Made by a program: the position numbers and the translations under genes
Assembly: GCA_040755995.1 (NCBI GenBank)
Contig: JBFMAF010000052.1
Coordinates: forward strand, 32,001-96,000
DNA: 64,000 nucleotides
Source: Acidobacteriota bacterium
GTDB lineage: Bacteria > Acidobacteriota > CAIWXX01
Direction: 5' to 3'
In this document: positions 60,722 through 64,000 of the stretch, piece after piece
Numbering within the stretch: position 1 is the first letter of the stretch
How the letters are laid out: each line of letters begins with the position of its first letter
The notes under the pieces: model-generated
The model's database searches: none
What the model saw: the letters and a program-made list of their open reading frames with translations, nothing else
What the model was told of the DNA's origin: nothing

Positions 60722-61196
60722 GATCGCGGACGCTGAGACCATCGTTCGCGGCATCTGCAGCCCGTATCATGTCTCCAAATCGGGCACGCTGAAGCCCACC
60801 GCGTTTGATCCTGCCCCCAACACCGATGAGGTGTCGGTATTGCGCCATGACTGGATAGGCACTGAGGAGTGCAGAAGACGGTCCAGGGCCTTGGAGAACG
60901 CTGAACAGAAGAAGGTCTATCGCGGCATGGCCGCACTATCGGCCAGACAGATCCGCGACTCCGGGGCAGAGGTGGTCGACTCCCGCGAGGAATTCGAGGG
61001 ACACACCGACATCAAACACGGGTTCGTGGTGCGGCCCGGGGAGCCGCTGCCACCTGCCGCGCTGCTGGCAATGAGAGAGCGCAACAGGGCTCTGGCACGA
61101 ATAGCGATGTACTACCCCGATCCAGATCCCGCCGGGGCTGTCTGGACGGGCCCCCCGCTTAGGCCTCGCGACGACAAACACGGATCGCCGGGATGA
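60702..61196 (+). CDS. Hypothetical protein, possible ADP-ribosyltransferase-fold toxin
   Basis: ETIVRG..SP, AF, EVSVLR, GHTDI (R-S-H spacing); overlaps the upstream gene. Confidence 0.55.
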   Translation: MRDWPREIADAETIVRGICSPYHVSKSGTLKPTAFDPAPNTDEVSVLRHDWIGTEECRRRSRALENAEQKKVYRGMAALSARQIRDSGAEVVDSREEFEGHTDIKHGFVVRPGEPLPPAALLAMRERNRALARIAMYYPDPDPAGAVWTGPPLRPRDDKHGSPG

Positions 61197-61258
61197 TGCG
61201 CAAAGCGAGAGGCAGCTGCAGAATCCGCGTTGGTGTGTGCACGTTGGTCGTGCCGTTG

Positions 61259-61569
61259 TTATTGGGACAAGTGGGGAGCTCTCTGAGGACCCGATCTTTC
61301 AACAGGCAATCGGGTTCTCCCGCAAGGTGCCCGATTCGTTCGGAATACACTGTGATCCTGCGGTATCCCAGGCAGTGCAGCGTAACAGTCGCTGGCAGCA
61401 GCAGGACCCACAGGAGCAGGTCCCATAGCAGGCGCAGACCCCGTTTCACAAGCCACCATCCCCCCTCGTTGGCGATGCGCACGCGGTAGTAGAAGCTCAG
61501 CTCGTCCCGACGCCGGAATGGGCGGGGGCAGTAGGCGGCCGAGCGGGGACGAAGCATCCGCGCTATCAC
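61259..61569 (-). pseudogene. Internally deleted second copy of the TIGR04372-like glycosyltransferase
   Basis: First ~102 codons near-identical to 52802..54109, joined directly to a copy of its stop/downstream sequence. Confidence 0.88.
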
Positions 61570-61787
61570 TTGCTCACCATCACGGACTCAACGATAGTCG
61601 GCCTCTGCCCGGCGCAGGCTTTCCATCGTGCCGATGTCGCGGTGATAGTCATCGTTGTGAAACGTCCATATTCGGCCCAGGAAGCGCGGAATGACATCGA
61701 TGCTCAGGTCAAGCGTCGCTCTGCCGAGTGAGGCCATGTCGTCCACGACTTCCGGCTCGATGATGTAGACAGCTGCATTGGCGCGGT
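61262..61787 (+). repeat. Direct repeat C, copy 2
   Basis: Matches 53802-54327. Confidence 0.97.
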
Positions 61788-62289
61788 TGCCGGGCGGAGC
61801 AGGGACCTTTTCGTGAAACGCCACCACAATGCCGCTCGGGGCCTCCTCGACGATCCCGCACGTCGCGGGGGCATCCGTTTCGAATGTCATCATGGTCATT
61901 ACCGCCTTGGGAGGCCGCGTCGAATGGCGCTGCAGAAAGGCCTTGGGGTCGAAGTGCGTGAGGTTGTCCGCGTGCGCCACCAGCACCGGCTCCCTGCCGT
62001 AGAAACAGCGGTTGGCGAGCACGGTTCCTCCGGTGAGAAGCAGCGTCTCCTCGTGGACCAACGTGATCCGGTCACGGAAGGGTGATGAGGCAACATAGGC
62101 GCGGACCGGTTCCGGCAGGTAGTGCGTGTTAACGATCACTCTGTCGATGATCCCCGAGGGTCTTAGCAGGAGGTCGAACCAGTGGCCAAGGAGAGGCTTA
62201 CCGCCTATGGCGACCAGGCACTTCGGTGTCGTCAGTGTCAGAGGCCGGAGTCTGGTGCCGGGGCCTGCCGCCAGTAAGATCGCTTTCAC
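61588..62289 (-). CDS. Sugar-1-phosphate nucleotidyltransferase (HddC-like)
   Basis: MKAILLAAGPGTRLRPLT..PKCL, FHEK, NAAVY, DIGT. Confidence 0.9.
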   Translation of the reverse strand: MKAILLAAGPGTRLRPLTLTTPKCLVAIGGKPLLGHWFDLLLRPSGIIDRVIVNTHYLPEPVRAYVASSPFRDRITLVHEETLLLTGGTVLANRCFYGREPVLVAHADNLTHFDPKAFLQRHSTRPPKAVMTMMTFETDAPATCGIVEEAPSGIVVAFHEKVPAPPGNRANAAVYIIEPEVVDDMASLGRATLDLSIDVIPRFLGRIWTFHNDDYHRDIGTMESLRRAEADYR

Positions 62290-62291
62290 GG

Positions 62292-63998
62292 TCAGCTGCC
62301 CAATGCGGTGACCAGTTCGTTCGCACTCAGCGGCGTGTTGCCGATGCGGCTCACCTGGACGGCCGCACCGACTGATCCTAGATAAGCCGCCTCCCAGATC
62401 GAGGCGCCAGCGGCCAGGGCCAGCGAGGCGCAGACCAGAAGGGCGTCTCCCGCGCCGGCCGCGTCCCTGGGAGCTGAGTTCATGGCGGGCAGGCGATCGG
62501 TGGTCAGACCGCTATCGTCCTGCCGCCCGGTTTCGATCAGCGCGCCGCCTGCCCCAAGGGTCACGACTACATGATCCGCTTTGGCTTTCTGTCGCAGCGA
62601 GCCGGCAATCACGGCCAGGTCAGATCTGAAATCGCAAAGGGCAATCCGTGCCTCTCGCTCCGTGGGCGTGAGCAGCCGCATGCCTTCGAAGCGCGACACA
62701 TCCCCGGTCTGCGACGAAGATTGACTGTCTGCGACCATGACGATGCCTTCCCTGGAAGCATGTGCTGTCAGATCTTGCACCAGGGATTGCGGCAGGCACC
62801 CGTAGTTGAAATCGGCGAAGATCAGAAGATCAGCATCGCGCAAAGCCTCGATCACGTGCCCGCGAATCTCTCGGGCGGTCTCGGCGCCGATGTCATGCTG
62901 GCGTAGATGGCTGACGCGCAGGAGTGTCTTGCCCGACGCTCGGTACCTCGTCTTGAGTGTGGTCGGGCGGCTGGGGTCGTCAACGAGTGAATCCTCAACT
63001 CCCAGGCTGTCCAACGCTCCGGCCGCGAACGCCCGCGCCTCGTCCGCACCGGCGACCGACACGCAGGTTGCCCGTGCACCAAGCCGCCTCGCGTGGGCGG
63101 CGACGATGCCCGCGCCTCCCACGAATCGCCGCACCGCGACAGGAGTGACCACCAGCGTCGGATCTTCCTGGGACATCCCTAGTGGATCGCATTCAACGTA
63201 CTCATCCACGATAAGGTCGCCGACAACCACCGCCTTCAGGCCCGAGAACTTTTCCATGAGAGCCGCGAGCCGGCCGGTTGTGATCACATGCCGGCGAAGG
63301 AAATCGGGGTCGTGGGCGATGTTCGGGACGCCGTTCTCGATCGCGCCATTTGGGAGAGTGGCGTGATGCTGCCCCAGGTGATTTGGCTGAAGCGCGTGCT
63401 TTCGATCGGCATTGGGGCCGAGAGCAGCGTTGCGCGAACGGAGCTCGTTCCTCATGACGGTCCTGAGCTCGGCGAGCTCGGCGATGAGCTTCTCCAAGCG
63501 GCTCAGGTAGGCCTCGCGCCGATGAAGCCCCAGGAAGCGACCGAGCCTCTGGCGCCAGCGGATGGTCCTTCTTCTCAGGGCCGACATCCGGTACGGCATG
63601 CTCTTGAAGGTCTTGAACCCGTGGAGGCTGTTCATCCAGTACGGGTGCCCATCGACATCCAACGGCGGGTATCTTTCGAGTTCCTTGTTGATGGAGTCGA
63701 TCACCCCGCGTGCCCGCTGCTCCACCTGTCGCCAGAGCTCCGAGCTCGGCTCTCGGCGGACGAAGCGGAATGTGATGGTGGAGCTCATACGGTGCCGTTC
63801 ATTGGTCCACTCTGCGAGGTACCGTGCCGCCAGCTGCGGTGTGTAGACAGCCGGCTCGAACCAGCGGGTCTCGTGGCTCTCAGAGGCGTACTCGAGGCTG
63901 GCGAGCCGGTCGGAGCTGCCTTCGTGATGGATGACATCCTCCCGCGAGACCGCGTGCGGAACAAACGCGTAGTCGACGAAGCCGTCCCATTCCGTGAT
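62292..63998 (-). CDS. RfaE/HldE domain I-like heptose kinase (PfkB) fused to an unrecognised N-terminal region; 5' end outside window
   Basis: VVGDLIVDEY, GGAGIVA, TLKTRY, DFNYG, TPTEREAR, DAAGAGD; frame stays open from 63788 to the window edge. Confidence 0.85.
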   Translation of the reverse strand: MTEWDGFVDYAFVPHAVSREDVIHHEGSSDRLASLEYASESHETRWFEPAVYTPQLAARYLAEWTNERHRMSSTITFRFVRREPSSELWRQVEQRARGVIDSINKELERYPPLDVDGHPYWMNSLHGFKTFKSMPYRMSALRRRTIRWRQRLGRFLGLHRREAYLSRLEKLIAELAELRTVMRNELRSRNAALGPNADRKHALQPNHLGQHHATLPNGAIENGVPNIAHDPDFLRRHVITTGRLAALMEKFSGLKAVVVGDLIVDEYVECDPLGMSQEDPTLVVTPVAVRRFVGGAGIVAAHARRLGARATCVSVAGADEARAFAAGALDSLGVEDSLVDDPSRPTTLKTRYRASGKTLLRVSHLRQHDIGAETAREIRGHVIEALRDADLLIFADFNYGCLPQSLVQDLTAHASREGIVMVADSQSSSQTGDVSRFEGMRLLTPTEREARIALCDFRSDLAVIAGSLRQKAKADHVVVTLGAGGALIETGRQDDSGLTTDRLPAMNSAPRDAAGAGDALLVCASLALAAGASIWEAAYLGSVGAAVQVSRIGNTPLSANELVTALGS

Positions 63999-64000
63999 CT

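Overview
GC-rich bacterial genomic window, probably Acidobacteriota-like (inferred from the PadR plus duplicated ABC permease pair, the type of sdhCAB and the T2SS/T4P gene layout). Backbone genes, in order: hypF(part)-hypC-hypD-hypE, a heme A synthase-like gene, an esterase, an unusual receiver-domain-LpxC fusion, a DksA-zinc-finger-PP2C fusion, a pilin-less T2SS/type IV pilus assembly operon, sdhCAB/frd, a nitronate monooxygenase, an OmpA protein, a GT-C/TPR glycosyltransferase and a minus-strand heptose/polysaccharide cluster (hldE-like, nucleotidyltransferase, glycosyltransferase, wzm, wzt). The best candidate for an undescribed system is 30.6-38.0 kb: ECF sigma, a zinc anti-sigma with a nearly uncharged Gln/Ala/Gly-rich periplasmic domain carrying (GAV)n repeats, a tandem paralog lacking the anti-sigma domain, a large secreted HExxH peptidase/propeller/putative beta-barrel protein, and a PrsW protease. 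Three cargo blocks (about 1.5, 10.6 and 6.9 kb) are each flanked by 93-97% identical direct repeats made of neighbouring gene ends, with no integrase in the window. The last block is defence-island-like (truncated helicase, ankyrin+SIR2, HNH, TIGR04255-like triplet). Several antitoxins are orphaned next to truncated toxin stubs. All family assignments come from motif recognition by eye, not from database searches.
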